Assembly: GCA_963712745.1 (NCBI GenBank)
Contig: CAVQJC010000017.1
Span: forward strand, 256,001 to 320,000
Source: an uncultured Chloroflexia bacterium
Lineage (GTDB): Bacteria > Chloroflexota > Limnocylindria > Limnocylindrales > CSP1-4
Direction of reading: 5' to 3'
DNA: 64,000 nt
Below the pieces are notes generated by a model, which made no database searches, had not been told where the DNA came from, and worked only from the letters and a program-made list of their open reading frames with translations. Of this stretch, positions 21,382 to 30,462 are shown one piece after another. Every line of letters begins with the position of its first letter. Within the stretch, counting starts at the first letter, position 1. A program made the translations under genes and the position numbers.

Positions 21382-22095
21382 GTGAGGAACCGATACACCC
21401 TGAGCCTGGCCCTGGCGGCTTCACTCGCCGTCGTCGGGGCACCGGCGACGCTCGCCCAGGATGGGACCGATGTGGGCAACCCTGACCAGCTCGCGTACAA
21501 GGTCATCGAGCGCAGCAAGGACATCGCTGGGCGCTCCTACCAGGACTGGATCAACGACTACGGCACGTGGTTCATCTGGGATCGCTCCCCCGACAACTTG
21601 CCGCCCGATGCCATGCAGGATTGCGATGGCGGCCAGCCGGGCGGCGACGTCTTCTTCATCCCGAGCACGCAGATCGGACAGACCACCGAGTACGGATGCG
21701 ATGTCCGCTCGGACCAGCACCTGCTGCTGTGGCTCGGCGGCACGCTCGGTTGGGTCGATGACGGCCAGACCCAGGACGAGCGGCTGGCTGACCTCTATAC
21801 CGGATTCAGCCACTGGCACGGCTTCGAGTTCACCCTCGATGGCGAAACGCTGCCGGCCGGTGGGCACCTCGTGTTCGAGCCCGACTTCTATACCGTCGAG
21901 CTGGCCGATGACAACCTCTTCGGGCTGCCGCCCGGGCCGCGTGACGTGTTCATGGTCGGGGCTTTCGTGATGCTCGAGCCGCTCGACGCCGGCCAGCACA
22001 CGGTGACGGCCAAGGGCAGCCTCTTCGATCCCGAGCTTGGCACGGCCGATACCGTCGCCATCGCCACGCTGAACGTGACCGACCCTGGCGAATAG
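21382..22095 (+). CDS. Secreted hypothetical protein
   Basis: Signal peptide ending ATLA-Q; GGAGG upstream of the GTG; acidic, beta-rich mature region. Confidence 0.75.
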   Translation: MRNRYTLSLALAASLAVVGAPATLAQDGTDVGNPDQLAYKVIERSKDIAGRSYQDWINDYGTWFIWDRSPDNLPPDAMQDCDGGQPGGDVFFIPSTQIGQTTEYGCDVRSDQHLLLWLGGTLGWVDDGQTQDERLADLYTGFSHWHGFEFTLDGETLPAGGHLVFEPDFYTVELADDNLFGLPPGPRDVFMVGAFVMLEPLDAGQHTVTAKGSLFDPELGTADTVAIATLNVTDPGE

Positions 22096-22224
22096 CGCCC
22101 GAGCCGGCGCCTCCACGCTCCTGCCCCTGGGAACCACTGGGGCAGGAGCGTTGTCGTGTCTGCTGCAGTCGCGTAAGGTGCGCGCTTCGGCTGCGTGACT
22201 CGGCACGCGTACAAGGGAGGGTCC

Positions 22225-23412
22225 ATGCGAATCACTCGAATCTCGGTGGCGGCCGGTCTGGCCCTGGACCTGGTCGTCGCCGGTGTCGTCGCCGTCGCGG
22301 GTCAGGGCCCCGCCACGTTCACGGTGGCACGGGACGGGAGCGGCGACCACGAGACGATCGGGGCCGCGATCGCGGCTGCTGCCGCAGGGGACACCATCCT
22401 CATATCCCCCGGCGAGTACGTCGAGAACCTCTATATCGACAAGCCCGTCACCCTCTCGGGCGACGGGCCGCGTGAAGACATCGTGCTCAGGCCGAACGAG
22501 CGCGACCCGCAGATCCTCGACATCTACGGCGAAGGCCTGGACGAGGACTACTTGCCGGTGACGGTCTACGTCGACGGTGTCGACGTGACGCTCGAGCATC
22601 TGGTCGTCAAGGACGAGCAGGGCGAGACCGTGTCGCTGGTGCTCATGGGCGGCTCCCCGACCGTGCGCGACATCGTCGCCGGCTACGTTGGTGTCCGTGG
22701 GCGTGCCTCAGCCGTGCTGGAGGGCTCCGACATCCGACGCGTCAGCCTCTGGGGACCCAACATGACGACCGTGCGCAACAACACCGTCCGCAACATGATC
22801 TGGGCCAGCACGGGCGCCACCGGCGTGGTCGAAGGCAATCTCGTGCTCGACCGGCCGATCATGGCTGACCGAGGTGCCAGCCTGGAGATCGTGGGCAACA
22901 CCATCAGGCCCCTGGACGACGAGCTGGGCATCAACATCATCGATGGCGAGACCACGGCCGTGGTCACGGGCAATGATGTCCAGGGCGGCTGGCTCGGCAT
23001 CCACCTCGAGGTCGCCAAGCAAGGGCGGATCGAAGGCAACAGCCTCAGTGGGCACGAGGTCGGCATGCTGGTCAAGCAGAGCCGGACCGTTGTGCGCGAC
23101 AACACCGTCTCCGACATCAGCGAGACCGGGATCGTCATCGTCGGTGATGGCATCCAGGCCGAGGACAACATGGTGACCGGCGGACGCATCGGCATCCACG
23201 TGGAGAAACCGGACACCTATCCCCCGGAGCTTCTCCTCGATGAGCCCACCCGCATCACCGGCAACTCGATGACCGGCGCCTCGCATTTCGGGATGGTGGT
23301 GGAGGGCTCCGCGGAGATCTCCGGCAACACCATCTGTGCCCGGCGGGAGCCCTTGCGGGTCCTCGGCGGCGATCCCCGGATCGGCTCGAACGACATCTGC
23401 GACGTGGACTGA
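22225..23412 (+). CDS. Secreted right-handed beta-helix (NosD/pectin-lyase fold) protein
   Basis: TIGAAIAAAAAGDTILISPGEYVEN, many xxGN/NNT repeats, C-terminal Cys pair; RBS aagggagg. Confidence 0.85.
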   Translation: MRITRISVAAGLALDLVVAGVVAVAGQGPATFTVARDGSGDHETIGAAIAAAAAGDTILISPGEYVENLYIDKPVTLSGDGPREDIVLRPNERDPQILDIYGEGLDEDYLPVTVYVDGVDVTLEHLVVKDEQGETVSLVLMGGSPTVRDIVAGYVGVRGRASAVLEGSDIRRVSLWGPNMTTVRNNTVRNMIWASTGATGVVEGNLVLDRPIMADRGASLEIVGNTIRPLDDELGINIIDGETTAVVTGNDVQGGWLGIHLEVAKQGRIEGNSLSGHEVGMLVKQSRTVVRDNTVSDISETGIVIVGDGIQAEDNMVTGGRIGIHVEKPDTYPPELLLDEPTRITGNSMTGASHFGMVVEGSAEISGNTICARREPLRVLGGDPRIGSNDICDVD

Positions 23413-23430
23413 GGGCCCGCTGTCCAAGAT

Positions 23431-23466
23431 GGAACCCCTGATCGCCGAGCATCCCCAGACTGGGTA
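23431..23466 (+). promoter_or_regulatory. Putative ECF-sigma autoregulated promoter
   Basis: atGGAACC...GGGTA; same internal spacing and near-identical distance to ATG as the copy at 25931. Confidence 0.55.
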
Positions 23467-23506
23467 GGCGCGGCCGACCACGACCGGGCCAGCACCGGAG
23501 GAACCG

Positions 23507-24055
23507 ATGCAGCGAGAGCTTGTCGAGCAGGCGATCAAGGGGGACCACGACGCGTTCAGTGAGCTCGTCCGGCTGTCGAGCCGGAAGCTGTACGCCGTGG
23601 CCACGTTGATCCTGCGTGACAAGACGCGAGCAGAGGACGCCACGCAGGAGGCACTGGTGGCCGCCTGGCGCGACCTCTCGGGGTTGCGCGACCCGGACCG
23701 TTTCGAGGCCTGGCTCCACCGCGTGCTCGTGCGCGAGTGCTACCGCATGGCCAAGCGCGAGCGCCGGCGCATCGAGGTCGAGGGCCAGGTCCGCGCCCTG
23801 ACCGAGACCGACGACCCCAGCCGCCAGCAGGCTGCTCGCGACGAGCTCGAGCGTGGGTTCGCCCGCCTGCCGGTCGACCAGCGGACCGTGCTCGTACTGC
23901 ACCACTACGTGGGCTACTCCTTTCCAGAGATCGCTGAGACGCTGGGTATCCCGGTGGGTACCGCCAAGTCGCGCGTGCACCGGGCCACCAGTGCCATGCG
24001 TGCCGCGCTCACCGCCGATGCCCGCACTCCGACCCTGGGAGGGTCTTCGGCATGA
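23507..24055 (+). CDS. ECF RNA polymerase sigma-70 factor
   Basis: AEDATQEAL, FEAWLHR, region 4 LPVDQRTVLVLHH...EIAETLGIPVGTAKSRVHRA. Confidence 0.95.
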   Translation: MQRELVEQAIKGDHDAFSELVRLSSRKLYAVATLILRDKTRAEDATQEALVAAWRDLSGLRDPDRFEAWLHRVLVRECYRMAKRERRRIEVEGQVRALTETDDPSRQQAARDELERGFARLPVDQRTVLVLHHYVGYSFPEIAETLGIPVGTAKSRVHRATSAMRAALTADARTPTLGGSSA

Positions 24056-25314
24056 ATGACCGCGGCAAGGCTCCCTGGGACGAGCCTGTGAACGAGCTCG
24101 ACACCGATCAGCTGCTCACCGAGTGGTTCGAGGAAGAGGCGCCCCTGCGTGAGCCGGCCCTGCTCGCGCCCAACGTCATCGCTCGCACCGCGCTCACGCG
24201 TCGACGCTCCCGGTGGTTGGTACGCGATTGGTGGCGCGATCTCCTTCGCGGCGTTCGCTGGCCGTCGCTGGTGCCCGCGCTGGCCGCGGGCGTGGTCGCG
24301 ATCGTGGCTCTTGTCTTCGCGGTCGTGACGTGGCTGCCCGAGCGCGCCTCGCAGCCCGTCCTCCCCGACTACGTGCCGGCCGATGCGCTCATCGTGTCGA
24401 GCAACGACGCATCGAAGAAGTCGACGATCGCGGAGGCTATCGCCCAGGCGCAGCCCGGCGACACGGTGGCCATCCTGCCGGGCGAGTACGAGGAGAACCT
24501 CCTCGTCGACAAGGACATCACGCTTCTCGGCGCTGGGGCGGCGGAGGAGATCGTGGTGCGTCCGGCCCAGCCGGACGAGCCCGTCATCCGTATCGACGGC
24601 GGGGATGCCACGCTCACCGGCTTCACTGTCACGGGGCCGGGCGGTGGCGTTGAGGTCGTGGCCAGCCAGGCGGTCATCGACCAGATGGTCTTCCGGGATG
24701 CCGGTCAGCGGTCGTGGAGGTTCACCGGCTCGGGTTGGGAGGAGTCCGACAGTGCCCGACCGTCGATCCTGGTGGAGCTCTTCGCCGAGGCCACCATCAC
24801 CAACAACCTCCTCGACGGCGGGGGCGACATCGAGGTGCAGCGTTCGTCGACAGCGCTGATCGAGCAGAACGAACTCAGCAACGGCCCGTCCATCGCCCTC
24901 ATGGACGCGACCGGCGAGACCGTGGTGCGCGGGAACACGATCACCGCATCTGGCGTCTTCTCGATCGAGTCCGCGTCACCGACGGACCTGCTCATCGAGG
25001 GCAACGTCATCCGTCAGCGCGATCCGGGCATCGCGATCTTGGCCTTCGACCTGGACGGCACCATCCGCGGCAACACCATCGAGGGCGCCAACGTGGGCAT
25101 CCAGATCGTGGATCGCACCACCGCGACGATCGTTGACAACACCATCGACGCGGTGGGTGTGGCCTTCGAGATCCACGAGGGCGTGGAGCCCACGATCAGC
25201 GGCAACGATCTCTGCGGGCAGAACGCGATCATCGCGCTCGTCGGGAGTGCCACCGCGCCGGACGTCTCGGACAACACGCTCTGCAAGGGCGTGCCGGTGG
25301 TCTACGAGCGGTAG
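24052..25314 (+). CDS. Putative single-pass anti-sigma factor with extracellular beta-helix domain
   Basis: ATGA overlap with the sigma gene; short cytoplasmic N-terminus, TM helix, NosD-like repeats. Confidence 0.8.
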   Translation: MNDRGKAPWDEPVNELDTDQLLTEWFEEEAPLREPALLAPNVIARTALTRRRSRWLVRDWWRDLLRGVRWPSLVPALAAGVVAIVALVFAVVTWLPERASQPVLPDYVPADALIVSSNDASKKSTIAEAIAQAQPGDTVAILPGEYEENLLVDKDITLLGAGAAEEIVVRPAQPDEPVIRIDGGDATLTGFTVTGPGGGVEVVASQAVIDQMVFRDAGQRSWRFTGSGWEESDSARPSILVELFAEATITNNLLDGGGDIEVQRSSTALIEQNELSNGPSIALMDATGETVVRGNTITASGVFSIESASPTDLLIEGNVIRQRDPGIAILAFDLDGTIRGNTIEGANVGIQIVDRTTATIVDNTIDAVGVAFEIHEGVEPTISGNDLCGQNAIIALVGSATAPDVSDNTLCKGVPVVYER

Positions 25315-25399
25315 CGATCCCTGGCCCCGGGCCACCCGGGCCATCACCGACTCGAGCTCTGCGGCGGCCTGCGCTTCGTGTGCGACGTCCTCCCGCTGC

Positions 25400-25655
25400 C
25401 GGGCGCCTGGCTGTGCGTCCGCTGCACGAGTCCGACGATGCGGGCGCCTGGCTGTGCGTCCGCTGCACGAGTCCGACGATGCGGGCGCCTGGCTGTGCGT
25501 CCGCTGCACGAGTCCGACGATGCGGGCGCCTGGCTGTGCATCCGCTGCACGAGTCCGACGAAGCGGGCGCCTGGCTGTGCATCCGCTGCACGAGTCCGAC
25601 GAAGCGGGCGCCTGGCTGTGCATCCGCTGCACGAGTCCGACGAAGCGGGCGCCTG
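25400..25655. repeat. Tandem repeat, 41-bp unit x6 (two variant blocks of 3)
   Basis: gggcgcctggctgtgc(g/a)tccgctgcacgagtccgacga(t/a)gc at 25401, 25442, 25483, 25524, 25565, 25606. Confidence 0.95.
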
Positions 25656-25794
25656 CGCAAGTCCATCGGGCCGCGTTGGCACCCTTCCTTTGCGCCCGGT
25701 GCCCGGCGGTGACGTTCGTTGTCACCCCGTGAGAGGCTTCGGCAGATACCGGAACCGGCATACGCCGAAGTGGCGCACCGAGGTCGAACTGGTG

Positions 25795-25928
25795 CACCCG
25801 GTGCAGACACCCGGCACCCGGTGCAGACACCCGGTGGCCGATGGCAGACACCCGGTGGCCGATGGCAGACACCCGGTGGCCGATGGCAGACACCCGGTGG
25901 CCGATGGCAGACACCCACTGGCCGATCG
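25795..25928. repeat. Tandem repeat, 21-bp unit x5 plus shorter precursor units
   Basis: gcagacacccggtggccgatg from 25823; cacccggtgcaga twice upstream. Confidence 0.95.
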
Positions 25929-25930
25929 AT

Positions 25931-25966
25931 GGAACCTTTCGCACCGCGCGGCGACGCAATAGGGTA
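25931..25966 (+). promoter_or_regulatory. Putative ECF-sigma autoregulated promoter
   Basis: atGGAACC...GGGTA starting 75 bp upstream of the sigma ATG. Confidence 0.55.
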
Positions 25967-26005
25967 TGAGCGCGGCCAAGTGTGTCGCGCCGAAGCGGTG
26001 GCCAC

Positions 26006-26575
26006 ATGACACGAGAGCTCGTCCGGCGAGCGATCGAGGGCGATCACGACGCGTTTTCCAGCCTGGTGGACGCGTCGATCGATCGCCTGTATGCCGTGGC
26101 CACACTCATCCTGCGTGACTCGGACCGTGCCCAGGACGCGGTGCAGGAGGCGCTCATGTCCGCCTGGAAGGACGTGCGCGCGCTCCGCGATCCCGACGCG
26201 TGGGATGCCTGGCTCCATCGCATCACGGTGTGGGCCTGCTACAAGGCAGCCAAGAAGGAGCGTCGACGCAAGACGGTCGAGCTGAAGGTCGTTCCCGACC
26301 CCGAGCGCACGACCGCTCCTGACTCCGCGGCTACGCTGGCCAACCGCGACCTGGTCGAGCGGCAGTTGAACGACCTGCCCATCGAGCATCGCGCGGTCAT
26401 CGTCCTGCGCTTCTACCTCGACCTGCCTCTCGACGAGGTGGGCGACATCCTCGACATCCCTGTCGGGACCGTGAAGTCCCGCTTGCATCGGGCACTGGCC
26501 TCACTCCGCGAGTCGATGGCCGAGCCCGCTGCCGGCATTCCCCCGGTCGGCCTCCTGAAGGACGGCACAGCATGA
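26006..26575 (+). CDS. ECF RNA polymerase sigma-70 factor (paralog of 23507)
   Basis: RELVRRAIEGDHDAFS, AQDAVQEAL, IPVGTVKSRLHRA. Confidence 0.95.
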   Translation: MTRELVRRAIEGDHDAFSSLVDASIDRLYAVATLILRDSDRAQDAVQEALMSAWKDVRALRDPDAWDAWLHRITVWACYKAAKKERRRKTVELKVVPDPERTTAPDSAATLANRDLVERQLNDLPIEHRAVIVLRFYLDLPLDEVGDILDIPVGTVKSRLHRALASLRESMAEPAAGIPPVGLLKDGTA

Positions 26576-28008
26576 ACGACCATGTCCGCTTCGAGCGGCT
26601 GTTCGCAGATGGCATGCATGAGCTCGCGCCCAAGCGTGCGCCCGACCGGCTCCGGACGAAGGTCAAGGACGAGACCGGCGACGTGCGTCCGCGCGCGCGT
26701 TGGCTCGCGCTCATGAAGGAGCCCCCCATGCGTACCAACTCACACCTCGCTGTCGGGTCACCGACTGCTCGAGTGGCGGCCATCGTCACCGCGACCCTGC
26801 TTGCGGCGATGATGATCGTGGGCGCCGGCATCGCCGGTGCTCAGCTCTTGGCCGCCGACGGCCCGATCATCGTCGACCAGTCTGGTGGAGGCGCGACCAC
26901 CACCATCACCGAGGCCATCGCCATGGCCGGGGACGGCGACGAGATCCTGGTCCGTCCCGGCACCTACACCGAATCATTCGTCATCGACAACGACATCGCC
27001 GTGCGTGGCGATGGACCTGTGGAAGACATCGTCGTCATGGCGCCGGAGGGCGGACCGATCGCAGCCACGTCCGGCGAGACTGCGGGCGAGCCGTATGCGG
27101 TGTTGTTGTCCGAGTCCGCGGGCCGCCTGTCGGGACTCACGTTCCGCGGTCAGCCCTCGATGGTCATCGCCAGTGGCGGCTCGCCCACGGTCACGGGCAA
27201 CATCATGGACGGCGTCGGCTGGGCGTTCGATGGCAGCAACCTCTCATCCGGCGGAAGTTCGATCGTGGCCACTGCCGGGACGACCGCGAACATCACCGGC
27301 AACACGGTTCTGAACGGTGGGCCGATCGCGGCCTTCGAGGGTGCCAGTCCGATGATCGAGGGCAATCGTCTCCAAGGCGGTCCGCACATCTTCCTGAGGG
27401 GCGCCGCCTCCGACACCATCGTGCGGGGCAATGAGATCCTCGGCACGCATTCGCGGGGGATCGCCGTGTCCAGTCCCGGGCCCATCATCGTCGAGGGCAA
27501 CCGCATCTCGGACTACGGGCAGGCCGGCATCCGCGTCGGGAGGAACGCGGGGGCGGAGGGCTACGAGACCCAGGTGAGGAACAACACCATCGAGGGGACA
27601 GGAACAGGGGTCGCCGTCACGCAGGGCGGAGCCCCGACCATCGAGGGCAACACCCTGTCGGGCAACGACCTCGGCATCGAGCTGAGGGGCGGGACCGCCA
27701 CCGTTGCCGACAACACGTTCAATGACAACATGGTCGCGCTCAGCTTGGGGCCCGGCAGCCACTCGGTCGATGGAAACAACATCTTCGCTGGCACCACCGG
27801 CATCATGGCCACGGGTGGCGAAGCGCAGCTCACCCGCAACGTCGTCGTGGGCGCGTCCGGTCGTGGCATCGCCATCGGCGGCACGTCGAGCCCGATGCTC
27901 GCCGGCAACCGCTCTTGCGGCAACGGCGAGAACCTCTGGGTGAGCGAGGACTCCACCCCAAGGATCGACGAGTCCAACGAGATCTGCGAGGACGCGGTGG
28001 CCGAGTAG
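26572..28008 (+). CDS. Putative anti-sigma factor with extracellular beta-helix domain
   Basis: ATGA overlap with the sigma gene, TM segment, TITEAIAMAGDGDEILVRPGTY, GN repeats, C-terminal Cys pair. Confidence 0.8.
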   Translation: MNDHVRFERLFADGMHELAPKRAPDRLRTKVKDETGDVRPRARWLALMKEPPMRTNSHLAVGSPTARVAAIVTATLLAAMMIVGAGIAGAQLLAADGPIIVDQSGGGATTTITEAIAMAGDGDEILVRPGTYTESFVIDNDIAVRGDGPVEDIVVMAPEGGPIAATSGETAGEPYAVLLSESAGRLSGLTFRGQPSMVIASGGSPTVTGNIMDGVGWAFDGSNLSSGGSSIVATAGTTANITGNTVLNGGPIAAFEGASPMIEGNRLQGGPHIFLRGAASDTIVRGNEILGTHSRGIAVSSPGPIIVEGNRISDYGQAGIRVGRNAGAEGYETQVRNNTIEGTGTGVAVTQGGAPTIEGNTLSGNDLGIELRGGTATVADNTFNDNMVALSLGPGSHSVDGNNIFAGTTGIMATGGEAQLTRNVVVGASGRGIAIGGTSSPMLAGNRSCGNGENLWVSEDSTPRIDESNEICEDAVAE

Positions 28009-28076
28009 CCCGGGCGGACTCGGCAGCTCAGCCCGGGTCGGTCGATATGGCCGGCCCGGGTCGGCGACTATCCAGC

Positions 28077-28857
28077 CTATCCCCGCGGAGCGTCGGGGTC
28101 GATGAGGCGGGTGACGAAGAACTCGTAGCCATAGGCGTCGGGGTAGTCACGGCGCAACTGTTGCTCGCCCTCGGACTCGGCGATGAACCGTAGTGCGGCC
28201 GGGTCGAGCCGGTACTTCTCGCGCATCCTCTCGAGGTTTGCCGCCAGCGGCGTGTAGTAGTCGGTCCACCAGGACTCGTCGGGCAGCCTGAAATGGCCGA
28301 GGACCTCGTAGCCGCAGTCGCGGATGCGCGCGATGTTGCCGGATACGTCCGTGATACCCGGGTACTCGCTCTCGAAGAACGCGCGCACCTCGGCGGGCAC
28401 GTCGGGCACCAGCCAGCAGATTCTCAGACACGACGAGGCAGGCCTGGGGCCGCAGGAACTCCTGCCACTGAGTGAATGCCGCGGTGATGCCCATGATGTA
28501 GGCCGCGCCCTCGGACCAGATCAGGTCGAACGAGTGCTTGCCGAAGGGCAGGTCTCTCATGTCCCCGCGCATCACCTGGATGCGATCCCGCATACCCGCC
28601 GCGGCCGCGCGCTCGCGGAGCTCATCGAGGAACTGCTCGAAGAGGTCGACCGCGGTGATGGTCCCACCCGTCGCGGCCGCCAGTGCCACCGTCTGCATGC
28701 CCGGCCCACAGCCGACATCGAGCACGTCGGGCTGCATCGGCAGCTCCGTGCACATCTCGAGAGCGCGGAGCGTGGAGGCGTCGTCCCCGGGGCCCTGTCG
28801 CGGAAGGCCGCCATGGACATCGAGAAGGATCTCCATCAGCCAGTCGTTGTCGGTCAT
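28077..28857 (-). CDS. Class I SAM-dependent methyltransferase; +1 frameshift near 28421
   Basis: PRQGPG, VLDVGCGPG, FDLIWSEGA; continues in a second frame (EICWLVPD...WWTDYY...YGYEFF). Confidence 0.85.
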
Positions 28858-28932
28858 AGCCCGGAGAGGGTAGCGGCCGGGCCCGCCTGAGGGATAGGCG
28901 ATTCGGCCCCGATGTCGGGCGCCCTTGAGCCC

Positions 28933-29595
28933 CTACTCGAGACCCCAGAAGGGGCCGGACAGTCCGACTCTGCGGAAGTACTCGAGCGCACGTACCGGCT
29001 CCCGGCGCTCGTAGCCGGCCTCGAGCCGGCCCTCGTACCAGCGCGAGGCGAGCCGCCACAGGGTAGCCAGGTCCATGACGTAGCCGGGCTCGACCCCGGA
29101 TGAATCGGTCCAGCGCTGGACGCACTCGACACTGCAGAAGAGCCGCTGGTTGCCACAGGTGTGGACGACGTCGTCCCAGCACTTGGCCATGGGCACCAGG
29201 AAGTGGGCAACCTCATCGCCTACTGGTGGGGCCTCGCGGTTGACGACCCAGGCGAGTGGCTTGCCGCAGCCGGGGCACTGGGTAGCCACCAGCACCTCAG
29301 GGTCATCCGGGCAGAGCTGCGGGATGGCGAACGAATCCCAGGCACAACCACCCCACCACAACGTGTCGCGGCCCATCACGCTGAAGCCGAGGGGGACCGA
29401 GGCGAACGGGTGGGCCATCACGATCTCGCCGTCGCGCAGGACCACGTGCCGCTCGAGCGCAAGAGTGCGTAGTGACTCCCGGACCGCGTCGGCGCTGAGG
29501 CCCAGCTCTACGGCCATCTCCTCGGCCGAAGCCGGTCGGCCGTCCTCGACATAGCCTCGATACACCGCCAGGCGGACGGCTTCGTCGTGGTTCAT
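28933..29595 (-). CDS. merB: MerB-like organomercurial (alkylmercury) lyase family protein
   Basis: N-terminal wHTH, MAHPFASVP, CAWDS, CPGC, TCGNQRLFCS. Confidence 0.75.
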   Translation of the reverse strand: MNHDEAVRLAVYRGYVEDGRPASAEEMAVELGLSADAVRESLRTLALERHVVLRDGEIVMAHPFASVPLGFSVMGRDTLWWGGCAWDSFAIPQLCPDDPEVLVATQCPGCGKPLAWVVNREAPPVGDEVAHFLVPMAKCWDDVVHTCGNQRLFCSVECVQRWTDSSGVEPGYVMDLATLWRLASRWYEGRLEAGYERREPVRALEYFRRVGLSGPFWGLE

Positions 29596-29703
29596 CGGCG
29601 TTCTCCTCTCAGTCGGCGGCGGGGGAGGCGGCCACGGGCCCGGCGAGCCCCGGCTCGCTTGCTGATGATGCCCGACTCGTCGTGCGTCGATGCGATGGAC
29701 CGG

Positions 29704-30360
29704 CTAGTTGACCGGGGTCGTCCGCCGCAATGACTCGGGCACGCCGACAGCCTGGCTGAGCTGGCCATCGACCAGGGCCAGCAGCGGCACATCGAGGGCG
29801 TTCATGTCGACCTCGGCGAACTCCTCGAGCAGCCAATGGGCGAACTCGCGCTCGACGTCGAGCGGCAGGCTGATGATGAGGTCGCGCATCGGTGCCAGGA
29901 TCAGGCCGTTGCGGTCGCCCAGGACACGAGTCAGTTCGTCCGGGAGCAGCAGCAGCGAGGAGGCCCAGCCCTCGCGCGACTGGTAGGCGATCGTGGGAAC
30001 GTCCGCGATGCGCTCGTGGATGAGGGCGAACTGCCTGCGCGCCTTGACCCGGGCTCGGACGTTGTCGAGAGCGCGCTCGAACGCGTCGTCTGCCGTCACG
30101 CCCCAGCCCTCGAGTTGTTCGGGGGCGACGAAGAGCATGGCCGGCCCGACGTCGAGCCCAAGGACCACGCGGATGCCCGGCGCGAACTCCCGCTGGGGCA
30201 GACCCCCGATGTCCACCGGCAGCGCGCGCCGCCGGGGGAGGGCCAGACGGAGATCTGGGGCCACCTTCTCCCAGGGCGCGCTGAAGTCGACCGATTCGAT
30301 GGCCGACATGACCTCCTCCACCGAGGCGGTGATGACCAGGGGCTCTTCGGGCGTCGTCAT
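29704..30360 (-). CDS. Hypothetical protein (DUF1444/YtpQ-like)
   Basis: WGVTADDAFERALDNV, EGWASSLLL, APMRDLII. Confidence 0.55.
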   Translation of the reverse strand: MTTPEEPLVITASVEEVMSAIESVDFSAPWEKVAPDLRLALPRRRALPVDIGGLPQREFAPGIRVVLGLDVGPAMLFVAPEQLEGWGVTADDAFERALDNVRARVKARRQFALIHERIADVPTIAYQSREGWASSLLLLPDELTRVLGDRNGLILAPMRDLIISLPLDVEREFAHWLLEEFAEVDMNALDVPLLALVDGQLSQAVGVPESLRRTTPVN

Positions 30361-30462
30361 GGGTGCCACGATGACGGCAGGCACTTGGCGCGGGCTATCC
30401 GCTCGCTTATCGGGGACTTGTGGCCCTGCGTGCGCGTGTGGACGAGCCCGTAGCATCAAGCG

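Noticed and set aside
24976-26488. Long ORFs across the 41-bp and 21-bp arrays as repeat proteins
   Set aside because: Open in several frames only because the repeats lack stops; the unit length 41 is not a multiple of 3; no RBS
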